This document shows positions 47,601 to 55,712 of a DNA stretch of 56,373 nt, one piece after another. Numbering within the stretch: the first letter of the stretch is position 1; each line of letters begins with the position of its first letter. The DNA is from a virus (Duplodnaviria > Caudoviricetes). Position numbers and translations under genes: made by a program. The stretch is taken from IMG/VR virus record IMGVR_UViG_3300029319_007099, positions 1 to 56,373 of that record. One strand, 5' to 3'. The notes below the pieces were generated by a model. That model worked only from the letters and a program-made list of their open reading frames with translations. It was not told the origin of the DNA and ran no database searches.

Positions 47601-48625
47601 AGAAAGCGTTAGTGTGTGGAGCGGGAGGCTTCATTGGAGGACATTTAGTTAAAAGACTACTTGACGAAGGTTATGTAGTTGTGGGTGTTGATATTAAACC
47701 CAAAGATGAGTGGGAACAGATGCATGAAGATGCTAAAAATCTGACTCAGCATGATCTGAGAGTTCCGTTCATTGTAGAGAACTTAGTGGGAGTTGAAAAA
47801 CCTCATGAGATCTACCAACTAGCCGCAGACATGGGAGGAGCAGGATATATCTTCACAGGGGAGCATGATGCAGATGTGATGCATAACTCTGCTATGATTA
47901 ATTTGAATTTTGCTCACGCTGTAGCAGAGCTATCTCAAAGAAAGTTTGGAGCCATCAAGTGTAAAGTATTTTACTCCTCCTCTGCTTGTATTTATCCTGC
48001 ACACAATCAGGAGGATCCTGACAACCCAAACTGCAAAGAAAATTCAGCATACCCAGCCGCGCCTGACTCGGAGTACGGATGGGAGAAACTATTCTCTGAA
48101 AGGATGTGGAGATCCTTCGCCAGAAATTACCAATTAGAAGTTCGCATTGCAAGGTTCCATAATATTTTTGGTCCTGAAGGCACTTGGGATGGAGGAAAGG
48201 AAAAAGCTCCTGCTGCTATGTGCAGAAAAGTAGCTATGGCAGAGGATACGCCCGAGGAAGGCTTGCTTATTGATGTGTGGGGTCCTGGAAACCAGACTAG
48301 ATCTTTTCTTTACATAGATGAGTGCATTGAGGCAGTTAGAAGATTGATGGACTCCGATGTAACAGAAGTCCTAAACATAGGGTCAGACGAAATGATTACC
48401 ATTAACGGTCTCGCCCAGATGGCAGCAAGAATAAGCGGTAAGAATGTAAAAATTAGAAACATTGATGGCCCTGTTGGCGTTAATGGTAGGAATAGTGATA
48501 ACGAACTTATAAAAGACTTGTTAGGTTGGGCTCCATCCATGCCCCTAGAAGAAGGTATGAAAAAAACATACAATTGGATTTCAAAACAAGTAGAGCGTGT
48601 CTATAACATACAACAAGGAATTTGA
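47597..48625 (+). CDS. GDP-mannose 3,5-epimerase-like extended SDR
   Basis: GAGGFIG, LAADMGGAG, YSSSACIYP, YGWEK and GGKEKAPAAMCRK. Confidence 0.88.
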   Translation: MKKALVCGAGGFIGGHLVKRLLDEGYVVVGVDIKPKDEWEQMHEDAKNLTQHDLRVPFIVENLVGVEKPHEIYQLAADMGGAGYIFTGEHDADVMHNSAMINLNFAHAVAELSQRKFGAIKCKVFYSSSACIYPAHNQEDPDNPNCKENSAYPAAPDSEYGWEKLFSERMWRSFARNYQLEVRIARFHNIFGPEGTWDGGKEKAPAAMCRKVAMAEDTPEEGLLIDVWGPGNQTRSFLYIDECIEAVRRLMDSDVTEVLNIGSDEMITINGLAQMAARISGKNVKIRNIDGPVGVNGRNSDNELIKDLLGWAPSMPLEEGMKKTYNWISKQVERVYNIQQGI

Positions 48626-48628
48626 CTT

Positions 48629-48844
48629 ATGCCCTTTTATAACTGGCACTGCACAAAGTGCGACATGGTGTTTGAAATTTTTCAAACTATGACTGAGAGA
48701 GACCAAGAACCCCCTACTCACTGTGAGGATTGTGATCCTCAATTAAAGGAGGAGGGTACTTTGAGACAAGTTCACTTCAAAGGCAGTTTGCCTAAGTTCA
48801 AGGTGAAGGGTGACGGGGCATACTACCCTGATAAAATGCAATGA
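48629..48844 (+). CDS. FmdB-like zinc-ribbon protein
   Basis: MPFYNWHCTKC...CEDC. Confidence 0.75.
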   Translation: MPFYNWHCTKCDMVFEIFQTMTERDQEPPTHCEDCDPQLKEEGTLRQVHFKGSLPKFKVKGDGAYYPDKMQ

Positions 48845-49182
48845 TGGATTTAGATGACCCGCCCCCGCCGATGCGGTTAGCAATTAAAGAATCAAAGAAA
48901 TCAAACCATAGGTTTAAACTGGGGGCTTGTATAGCCCGAGGGAAAAGGATACTTGCGAAAGCTCACAATAGCCGTAAGACACATCCTAAATTTGGGTCAG
49001 GAGATTACCAAACTCTCCACGCTGAGAGTCATGCAATATACAAGGCTGTGCGACAAGGTATAAATCTTGAGGGCACAACACTTTATGTTTACCGTCACAA
49101 TAATAACCTCGCTAAACCATGTCCTTGCTGCATGGGGTTAATCCACAAGTATGGAATAAAAGAGGTAATTTATAGTGGCTAA
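48841..49182 (+). CDS. Cytidine/deoxycytidylate deaminase-fold protein
   Basis: HAE and PCPCC Zn motifs. Confidence 0.85.
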   Translation: MMDLDDPPPPMRLAIKESKKSNHRFKLGACIARGKRILAKAHNSRKTHPKFGSGDYQTLHAESHAIYKAVRQGINLEGTTLYVYRHNNNLAKPCPCCMGLIHKYGIKEVIYSG

Positions 49183-49209
49183 TGTAAATTGACTTTTCTA
49201 TTATAATAT

Positions 49210-50223
49210 ATGAATACAGATGTAATCAAAAGGTTGAAGACCGCAGGGCTTTTGTCAGAACAAGCCCATGACTTAGGCTTTGTTTCCACAGGCAGCTATG
49301 CCTTGAACAAAGTTATCTCTGGAAACTACATGAATGGCATCCCCATTGGGCAGATCAGCCAATTTCATGGTGAGTCCTCCACAGCAAAAACCGTGTTTGC
49401 CACACACATTTTAAAAGAGGCACAAAGTAAGGGTTATTACTCGATGCTTGTTGATAGTGAGAATGCATACAATCCAACTTTTGCTAAGACATTAGGGATT
49501 GATCCTGAGAAATTGATTTACTCCACACCTGAGACTTTAGAAGATAGCTTTCAGGTTATGGAGGATACGATTCTTTCGATTCGAGAAACTGATCCCGAAA
49601 CTCCAATTGTTATTGCTTATGATAGTATTGCTGTTTCTCCTTCTAAGGTAGAGTATGATGCTGAATCTTACGACGGTAACAATATGCAGGGTGCGGTAAG
49701 AGCGAAAGCAACAGGTGCTTGTTTGAGAAAGATCAATCCCTTGATGCGTAAGCACAAGGTCGCTCTTATCGTTATTAATCAACTGAGAAGTAAAGTAGGT
49801 GTAATGTACGGCAATCCTGATACCATGGCAGCAGGAGGTCGATCTTTAGATTACTATTTGGGTGTAAACCTAAAGTGTATATCTAACAAAACTACCGACC
49901 TAATCAAAGACGATAACAAGCGGGTCATCGGTATTGCTGGGACCGTTAGAAACACAAAAAATAAAGTCTCCATCCCTTTCAGGGAGTGTGAGTTTGAGCT
50001 TATGTATGATGAGGGGTTGAACTCCTGTGCAGGGCTACTAAAACAACTCGTTTTGGATAACACCATCGACCAAAACGGTGCATGGTATAGCTGGGGCGAT
50101 GTTAAGTTCCAGCGCAAGGAGTTTGATGAGAGCTTCGCTACATCAGAGAAGTTCGCTAAACTCAGGCTTGAGGTGGGCATCGAGCCCCAACTACCTGCAA
50201 CTAAACAGCTTAGAGCCAAGTGA
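49210..50223 (+). CDS. recA: RecA/UvsX recombinase
   Basis: STGS, GESSTAKT, DSENA, YDSIA, INQLR and KNKV..PFRE. Confidence 0.93.
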   Translation: MNTDVIKRLKTAGLLSEQAHDLGFVSTGSYALNKVISGNYMNGIPIGQISQFHGESSTAKTVFATHILKEAQSKGYYSMLVDSENAYNPTFAKTLGIDPEKLIYSTPETLEDSFQVMEDTILSIRETDPETPIVIAYDSIAVSPSKVEYDAESYDGNNMQGAVRAKATGACLRKINPLMRKHKVALIVINQLRSKVGVMYGNPDTMAAGGRSLDYYLGVNLKCISNKTTDLIKDDNKRVIGIAGTVRNTKNKVSIPFRECEFELMYDEGLNSCAGLLKQLVLDNTIDQNGAWYSWGDVKFQRKEFDESFATSEKFAKLRLEVGIEPQLPATKQLRAK

Positions 50224-50271
50224 AAAATAAAAGCGTTTTAAGTTTGCAATACATAAATAAAGAGGTATAAT

Positions 50272-50514
50272 ATGGCGAAGAAAGACAGAGATGATAGCTT
50301 CTTCGGTGTTCTGAGCAACATCATAGACGAGGCCTTTTCCAAAGTGTTTACAGAAAAGAACGAGGACGCGAGACCTGCTGCTCCAAAGTACGCTTCTATA
50401 GAGGAGTACACAGCAGCGACAGGCAAGCGATTCAGAATCAGTAAACAACAAAAAGAAAGAGGCCTCTCAAGACAAGAAGCGTTCGCAGAAATTTACTTAA
50501 TCGAGGAAAATTAA
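50272..50514 (+). CDS. Hypothetical protein
   Basis: GAGGT RBS with an upstream CATAAATA late-promoter-like motif. Confidence 0.65.
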   Translation: MAKKDRDDSFFGVLSNIIDEAFSKVFTEKNEDARPAAPKYASIEEYTAATGKRFRISKQQKERGLSRQEAFAEIYLIEEN

Positions 50515-50516
50515 TT

Positions 50517-51269
50517 ATGATTCTAAACAAAGAAGAGCATCCCGCCATTTTCGCAGAGAAAGCCGCTTCGACGGTTTCTGAGAAGTATACCTTCATTCCT
50601 ACTACTAGGATTCTGGGTATCTTGGAGGATGAAGGTTGGATCCCTACTAGTGCTTCACAGGTTAACTCTCATAAGGAGGGTAACAAGCAATTTGCAAAGC
50701 ACCTTATTCGTTTGCGCCGTGATGAGGCTATCATGCCTGAAGTAAACAAGACGATTCCTGAGATTGTTCTTTTCAACTCTCACAATGGCAAATCTAACTA
50801 TGACCTTCGTATGGGTCTGTATCGTTTCGTTTGTTCTAACGGAATGGTTGTGAGTGACCAAGAGTTCGGATCAATTAAGATTCGTCACATGGGTTACTCT
50901 GATGAGCAGGTCATTAAAGCCTCTCAAGAGTTCATTGATAACAGCACTCGCATTATGAATGTTGTTAACGAGTGGCAGGACATCAAGCTGGATCGTGACC
51001 AGATGCGCTCTTTCGGTCGAGAAGCCGCTAAGTTGCGTTTTGATGATCCTGATGACCTTACCATTAACACCGTCCTACAGGCCCGTAGAGGTGAGGATAT
51101 GGGATCTGATCTATGGACTGTGTTCAACAGGACTCAGGAGAATCTGATTCAAGGTGGATTCCTTGTTACTGGTGGTCGCCGTAGAAGCCGTAAGATTACC
51201 AATATTGATAAGAATATTGACATTAACACTTCTCTTTGGGATCTCGCCAGCAGCTATTCCAAAAATTAG
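50517..51269 (+). CDS. DUF932/DUF945-family protein
   Basis: SEKYTFIPT, KHLIRLR, NSHNG, RFVCSNG, RRGED and LWTVFNRTQENLIQGG. Confidence 0.85.
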   Translation: MILNKEEHPAIFAEKAASTVSEKYTFIPTTRILGILEDEGWIPTSASQVNSHKEGNKQFAKHLIRLRRDEAIMPEVNKTIPEIVLFNSHNGKSNYDLRMGLYRFVCSNGMVVSDQEFGSIKIRHMGYSDEQVIKASQEFIDNSTRIMNVVNEWQDIKLDRDQMRSFGREAAKLRFDDPDDLTINTVLQARRGEDMGSDLWTVFNRTQENLIQGGFLVTGGRRRSRKITNIDKNIDINTSLWDLASSYSKN

Positions 51270-51273
51270 TCTT

Positions 51274-51321
51274 AATTAACCCTCAATAAGTGTACTAAAT
51301 ACTTATTGGGGGTTAATTTTT
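51274..51321 (+). promoter_or_regulatory. 18-bp inverted repeat (terminator-like) with TAAATA in its loop and the next RBS in its 3' arm
   Basis: AATTAACCCTCAATAAGT-gtactaaat-ACTTATTGGGGGTTAATT. Confidence 0.6.
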
Positions 51322-51325
51322 AATT

Positions 51326-51646
51326 ATGCGTAAGAAATATTCGTTTAGACAGCCTTTGGGCAAAGATTTAAATGGTTTATACATTACTGCTGCACAGATG
51401 CAATTCTTTCTTAATCGAAGAACTGGTGAAAAATCTTTTTTAGAAGGGGATTCCACCTTCTTTGAATACTTTTATAAGTGTGCAGTTTATAACATTGTGT
51501 GGGATATGCTAGAGCAAGATCCTGCTTGCGCCACTCTTTTCTGGGATGATGACCAAGAAACAGTAGGCATCAAGTTTCCCATGAATGGAAAGGTAATGAA
51601 GGAACTAAAAAAGAAAAAAGTAGATTACTTTTTTGATGAGGACTAA
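51326..51646 (+). CDS. Hypothetical protein
   Basis: ORF in operon orientation. Confidence 0.6.
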   Translation: MRKKYSFRQPLGKDLNGLYITAAQMQFFLNRRTGEKSFLEGDSTFFEYFYKCAVYNIVWDMLEQDPACATLFWDDDQETVGIKFPMNGKVMKELKKKKVDYFFDED

Positions 51647-51648
51647 GT

Positions 51649-51891
51649 ATGAAATACATTAAGATGTTAGGTTTTTATTTTTTTGAGTTAACAGGCTCGA
51701 TAATAAATCTCGCTTGTGCTGTTTTCGGGTGTTACCCATCTCTAGATTTAGGTGTAAGGTATCTGTTGATTCTTGAAACCAAACGAGTTCTTGAGGAGAC
51801 CACATCGAGACAGGAGGACAGGGCTAATAAAGAAAAGAAAGCCCGAGATTTAGAGTTAGAAGCGAGAAATGGTTATGGGGAAGACATATAA
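51649..51891 (+). CDS. Hypothetical protein with hydrophobic N-terminal half
   Basis: GAGGA RBS; hydrophobic stretch followed by a charged coil. Confidence 0.55.
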   Translation: MKYIKMLGFYFFELTGSIINLACAVFGCYPSLDLGVRYLLILETKRVLEETTSRQEDRANKEKKARDLELEARNGYGEDI

Positions 51892-52051
51892 AAACCCAAA
51901 CGGAAAGCCTAAATGGAAGCCTAAAGGTAATAAAAATCAGGTCAAAAAGGCATTAAATTCTGCCGTAAGAAGGTCAGTTCGTTCGCAAGCCATCTATGAT
52001 GATATAGACGAAGTGGAGGATAACTTTGAAAAATTTGATCGGAAACGATAG
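51875..52051 (+). CDS. Small basic hypothetical protein
   Basis: Starts MGKTYK; overlaps the previous gene. Confidence 0.55.
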   Translation: MGKTYKNPNGKPKWKPKGNKNQVKKALNSAVRRSVRSQAIYDDIDEVEDNFEKFDRKR

Positions 52052-52149
52052 CGACCCCGTGCCTACATACAGTAAGGTCTTCAAGTTTGATGTTTCATTA
52101 GATAATATCAAACGAATGACCTCATTTATGATTGAGAAAACGAGAGAAA

Positions 52150-52479
52150 ATGCCAAAAGAATACATATTGAAGAGACCAGTCCTAGATCAAAATAGGCTG
52201 CAAAAATACGCTAAAAAAATATTAGACGAATCTTCTGATGATCGACAGTTAGCGTTAGATGCTTACAGATACTTTAAAGATATGGTTGATGAAAACCCAC
52301 AAGACTCTGTAGCTAAACAACAAATGACAGACTGCTTAAAATTAGCGCAGTCATCAAAGGCAAGTGCATTAAAAGTTATGGATTTGCTAATAAAATTTGA
52401 ATCCAACAACAACAAAAACGAATCCGCTACACCTACTTCTTTGTTCAATAGGATAGAAGAGTTAGCCAATGAAAAGTAA
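52150..52479 (+). CDS. Helical hypothetical protein
   Basis: ORF coupled to the AAA+ gene; ATG 52150 preferred. Confidence 0.6.
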   Translation: MPKEYILKRPVLDQNRLQKYAKKILDESSDDRQLALDAYRYFKDMVDENPQDSVAKQQMTDCLKLAQSSKASALKVMDLLIKFESNNNKNESATPTSLFNRIEELANEK

Positions 52480-53830
52480 AACTTTTAAGTTATTCTGTAA
52501 AGAGTTAGACGAAATCATCTCCGTTAAAAGTTACTCACATGAGGAAGAGGAGAAGGTTTACGGCGAATTAAAAACATATTTGTCTCAAGTACCAGCATCC
52601 TTTGGTGTCCTAGAGTACAAGAAAAAAGTAGTTGATGTTCTGTTGGTGGACGCTAGTTCATACTACACATATCTCGATTTTGAGGTGGATGATACCTTAC
52701 TTAAAGATGTGGTCACAGCGTTGTACGCAACTATAATTCAGGCATACCCTCATTTTGAGTTTGAGTTTATTTGTAATGATATTAATAACTCTATTGCATT
52801 TGAGCAGATGAGAAGTGTGTTTAAAAAACATATAGAAAGTTTTGAAGAGGCTGCTGCTGCTACTAAGGTAAGGAAGATAAGAAACTTGTCTGATCTAATT
52901 AACCTATCTTACAAACTAAGTAAGGAGGTTATAGGGCAGGAAGAGGCTTGCAATAAAACTGTAGATGCTATTAAGTTGATAGCAGCGGGAATCGACAAGT
53001 TTAGTTCTTTGTTTTACATTGGACCTACAGGCGTAGGCAAGACTAAATTAGCTAAGATTTTGGGAGAGACATACTCAGGTAACTTCTTAAAGGTTAACTG
53101 TGGTGAATATTCTTCTGCTCACGATTATGCAAAACTCATAGGGGCTCCCCCAGGATATGTCGGACATACAGAGAGCAGTCTCTTGGGAGAGAAAGCAGAA
53201 AAATCTAACGCTTGGGTAATCCTTTTTGATGAGATAGAAAAAGCTAATGCAAAGTTTTTTGATTTCTTGTTATCAATACTAGATGATGGCACCTGTACAG
53301 ACAACATGGGTAACACTTTGGACTTCTCTGAATCCATATTTATATTTACCACTAATGAAGGTGTTCAAGATAATAGATTAGGCGATACCAGAATGGGATT
53401 CTCAAAAGAAAAAATCACTTATGAAGGAAGCAAAGACATAATCTTGGACTCTATCAAGAAAAAGTTTGCTCCTGAGTTTATGAACAGAGTGGATCATTTT
53501 ATTTTCTTCAACCGACTAAACGAATCAGAGCTATTAGAGGTTGCAAAATTAGAAATGAATCATTTACCTGTAAGAAAAACAAAGAGTTTACTCAAGTATG
53601 TGGTTGGTAATTCAAATCATGAGGAGTATGGAGCAAGAAACATAGCTAAGTTTATTAAGAATAATGTCTCTACATTAGTAGCTGACGCAATTTTAAAGAA
53701 GAAAATACCTACTGGCAAAGCTAGATACTATACCTTTAAGGTCCAAAATGAGGATCTTTATATTTCAAACATCGAGGAGAATACAGATGGTACGACTAGC
53801 AGACAGACTGAGAGCAAGAAGGAAGCGTAA
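52469..53830 (+). CDS. ClpA/ClpB D2-type AAA+ ATPase with a novel N-terminal domain
   Basis: VIGQEEA, GPTGVGKT, KLIGAPPGYVG, LFDEIEKA, FAPEFMNRVD and YGAR. Confidence 0.92.
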   Translation: MKSKTFKLFCKELDEIISVKSYSHEEEEKVYGELKTYLSQVPASFGVLEYKKKVVDVLLVDASSYYTYLDFEVDDTLLKDVVTALYATIIQAYPHFEFEFICNDINNSIAFEQMRSVFKKHIESFEEAAAATKVRKIRNLSDLINLSYKLSKEVIGQEEACNKTVDAIKLIAAGIDKFSSLFYIGPTGVGKTKLAKILGETYSGNFLKVNCGEYSSAHDYAKLIGAPPGYVGHTESSLLGEKAEKSNAWVILFDEIEKANAKFFDFLLSILDDGTCTDNMGNTLDFSESIFIFTTNEGVQDNRLGDTRMGFSKEKITYEGSKDIILDSIKKKFAPEFMNRVDHFIFFNRLNESELLEVAKLEMNHLPVRKTKSLLKYVVGNSNHEEYGARNIAKFIKNNVSTLVADAILKKKIPTGKARYYTFKVQNEDLYISNIEENTDGTTSRQTESKKEA

Positions 53831-53912
53831 CAGAAATACAGAGAGCGCCCCAGAGGCTCCAGTCGTAAAAGAAGAAAAAAAAGAGAAAAAGACAAGCAAG
53901 AAAAAAGCATGA
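53787..53912 (+). CDS. Small Arg/Lys-rich peptide (41 aa), not in the ORF track
   Basis: GAGGAG RBS at 53774; MVRLADRLRARRKRNRNTESAPEAPVVKEEKKEKKTSKKKA*. Confidence 0.55.
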   Translation: MVRLADRLRARRKRNRNTESAPEAPVVKEEKKEKKTSKKKA

Positions 53913-53930
53913 GGGCTATAATATAGCCCT
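53912..53930 (+). promoter_or_regulatory. TATAAT -10 element inside a perfect palindrome, upstream of the tRNA cluster
   Basis: AGGGCTATA-A-TATAGCCCT. Confidence 0.5.
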
Positions 53931-54022
53931 GATGGGCATTACGCTCATCACTTGTTCTTTTATTTCTTTTGAGAGAGAGGCCGCGTCGAGCGGAAAATAA
54001 CCTCTCTCTCAATTTTTTTAAT

Positions 54023-54100
54023 GGGCAAGTAGCTCAGACAGGTTAGAGCGCGGTTCTTATAAAGCTGAGGTCGCTGGTTCAAGTCCAGCCTTGCCTACCA
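54023..54100 (+). tRNA. tRNA-Ile (anticodon UAU)
   Basis: Acceptor GGGCAAG/CTTGCCT, anticodon loop CT-TAT-AA, T-loop TTCAAGT, encoded CCA. Confidence 0.9.
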
Positions 54101-54107
54101 AAAAACA

Positions 54108-54158
54108 AGCCAAGATTAGCTAATCGTGAGGTTGGCTGGCAGAACCGAAATCTTGGCT
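54108..54158 (+). ncRNA. Unassigned structured RNA between tRNAs
   Basis: 10-bp outer stem AGCCAAGATT/AATCTTGGCT enclosing a GTGA-capped 8-bp hairpin and a GGCAGAACCGA segment. Confidence 0.4.
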
Positions 54159-54162
54159 CTTA

Positions 54163-54238
54163 TCCCTGATAGCTCAGTTGGTAGAGCGTTCGGCTGTTAA
54201 CCGAATTGTCCTAGGTTCGAGTCCTAGTCAGGGAGCCA
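54163..54238 (+). tRNA. tRNA-Asn (GUU)
   Basis: Acceptor TCCCTGA/TCAGGGA, anticodon arm TTCGG-CTGTTAA-CCGAA, encoded CCA. Confidence 0.95.
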
Positions 54239-54291
54239 ACACAATGTATAGTTATATTTTTAGAAACAGGAAGAGATTAGCTAAAACATAC

Positions 54292-54368
54292 GGGATGGTA
54301 GCCCAATCGGCAGAGGCAATAGACTTAAAATCTATCAAGTGTGGGTTCGAGTCCCACCCATCCTACCA
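54292..54368 (+). tRNA. tRNA-Leu (UAA), short variable loop
   Basis: Acceptor GGGATGG/CCATCCT, anticodon arm ATAGA-CTTAAAA-TCTAT, discriminator A, encoded CCA. Confidence 0.9.
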
Positions 54369-54385
54369 ATATAATTTGAATTAAA

Positions 54386-54757
54386 ATGTACGAATATAAA
54401 ATTAAATCCATCGAGCATATCGTAGATGGTGATACCTTTGATTGTATCGTAGACCTAGGCTTTAGCATTCTCCATAAGATCAGAGTGAGAATGTATGGAA
54501 TTAACACGCCTGAGAGCAGAACAAGAGATCTAGAAGAAAAGGCGAGAGGATTAGCAAGCAAGAAGAGACTTATCGAACTTCTAGAGGAACATGAGGGTGA
54601 TCTTATTTTACAAACTAATAAGAAAGGTAAGTACGGAAGGTACTTAGGCACTCTCCTTGTCGATGAGAACGGGGGAGACGGTGAGGAATACAAGAACATC
54701 AACAAACAATTGATTGAAGAAGGTTTTGCAGTAGAGTATTTCGGTGGAAAGAGGTAA
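54386..54757 (+). CDS. Thermonuclease (SNase-like) protein
   Basis: VDGDT, RVRMYGINTPE and GKYGRYLG. Confidence 0.9.
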   Translation: MYEYKIKSIEHIVDGDTFDCIVDLGFSILHKIRVRMYGINTPESRTRDLEEKARGLASKKRLIELLEEHEGDLILQTNKKGKYGRYLGTLLVDENGGDGEEYKNINKQLIEEGFAVEYFGGKR

Positions 54758-54834
<77 letters not shown>

Positions 54835-54856
54835 CTCTTTAGACTATAATTATTTT

Positions 54857-55039
54857 GTGCATAAGCTAGAATTTAAAATACACAGAAATTTAGACCAATA
54901 TAATGAGCAAGAAGTAGAGTATTGGGTCTATGATGAGGTAGTAAAAGTTGAAAAGCGGCATAGTTATGTTGTTATAATGATGCAAGACCGATCAGCTATA
55001 ATCCCAATGAGTTGGGTTTTGGAAGTTAGAGAACTGTAA
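54857..55039 (+). CDS. Hypothetical protein
   Basis: The listed start lies inside the tRNA; the in-frame GTG at 54857 sits 6 nt after TATAAT. Confidence 0.55.
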   Translation: MHKLEFKIHRNLDQYNEQEVEYWVYDEVVKVEKRHSYVVIMMQDRSAIIPMSWVLEVREL

Positions 55040-55048
55040 GGAGTTATT

Positions 55049-55234
55049 ATGTTAGAAGTTATTGTTAATTATCTTGATGGTAGTGTTGAAACATATTCAA
55101 TCTTAACTTATCTAAAAGGAGAGCGGTATTGGCAGCTACTCACCAGCGATGGTGTTACTGTTAGTATTCCTGACCATGCGGTGAAAAAGATTGAAGTACA
55201 TCAAGTAAATCGTCCTGATGCCGAATCAAAGTAA
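55049..55234 (+). CDS. Hypothetical protein
   Basis: AAGGAG RBS. Confidence 0.6.
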   Translation: MLEVIVNYLDGSVETYSILTYLKGERYWQLLTSDGVTVSIPDHAVKKIEVHQVNRPDAESK

Positions 55235-55682
55235 GTTAGACGAAGTTTACCTTCAAATGGCTGAAAACCTTTCTTCTCTTTCTCATGCAGAGAGAAGAAA
55301 GGTTGGATGCTTGATTGTTAAGGATACACAAATCATATCGGAGGGTTACAATGGAACTCCTTGGGGCTTTGATAATAGTTGCGAATATACTAATTATGTC
55401 GGTGAGACATACACTAAACCAGAAGTTTTACACGCAGAATCAAACGCAATCACAAAACTTGCTCGCTCTACTAATTCATCCGAAGGCGCAACACTATATG
55501 TTACTTGTAGTCCTTGTTTTGATTGTGCAAAACTCATAGTTCAAGCAGGTGTGTCTAGGGTCGTTTACAGAGAGATGTATACAAACAAGAACTGCATGGA
55601 AGCACTAGCCCTTCTATCAAAGGCTGGGGTAGTGGTAACACAGATCCAGAAACGCGAAAAAATTTCTGAGGAAAAGGCTTGA
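55218..55682 (+). CDS. dCMP deaminase
   Basis: KVGC, GYNGTP, HAESNAI and SPCFDCAK. Confidence 0.93.
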   Translation: MPNQSKLDEVYLQMAENLSSLSHAERRKVGCLIVKDTQIISEGYNGTPWGFDNSCEYTNYVGETYTKPEVLHAESNAITKLARSTNSSEGATLYVTCSPCFDCAKLIVQAGVSRVVYREMYTNKNCMEALALLSKAGVVVTQIQKREKISEEKA

Positions 55683-55706
55683 CCCTCCCAGGTTTTGTGA
55701 TATAAT
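55679..55706 (+). promoter_or_regulatory. Sigma70-type promoter (TTGACC-16 bp-TATAAT, extended -10 TG)
   Basis: Direct sequence match; ATG follows 6 nt after the -10. Confidence 0.7.
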
Positions 55707-55712
55707 CCCCGC

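Noticed and set aside
31501-48625. Glycan island as contaminating bacterial chromosome
   Set aside because: It has the same strand, tight packing and similar AT-rich style as the flanks. It begins with a phage-type GT4, lacks transport genes, and phage replication genes continue on both sides. Read-level confirmation is still advisable.
52035-52196. Possible 53-codon ORF (LIGNDSDP...SPRSK) bridging the 52051-52150 gap
   Set aside because: It has a weak TTG start and overlaps both neighbours; the gap is adequately explained by a promoter-like motif and hairpin.
53929-53950. CTGATGG resembling a hammerhead ribozyme core
   Set aside because: It does not match CUGANGA and no correctly placed GAAA or three-stem junction is present; it folds as a simple hairpin.
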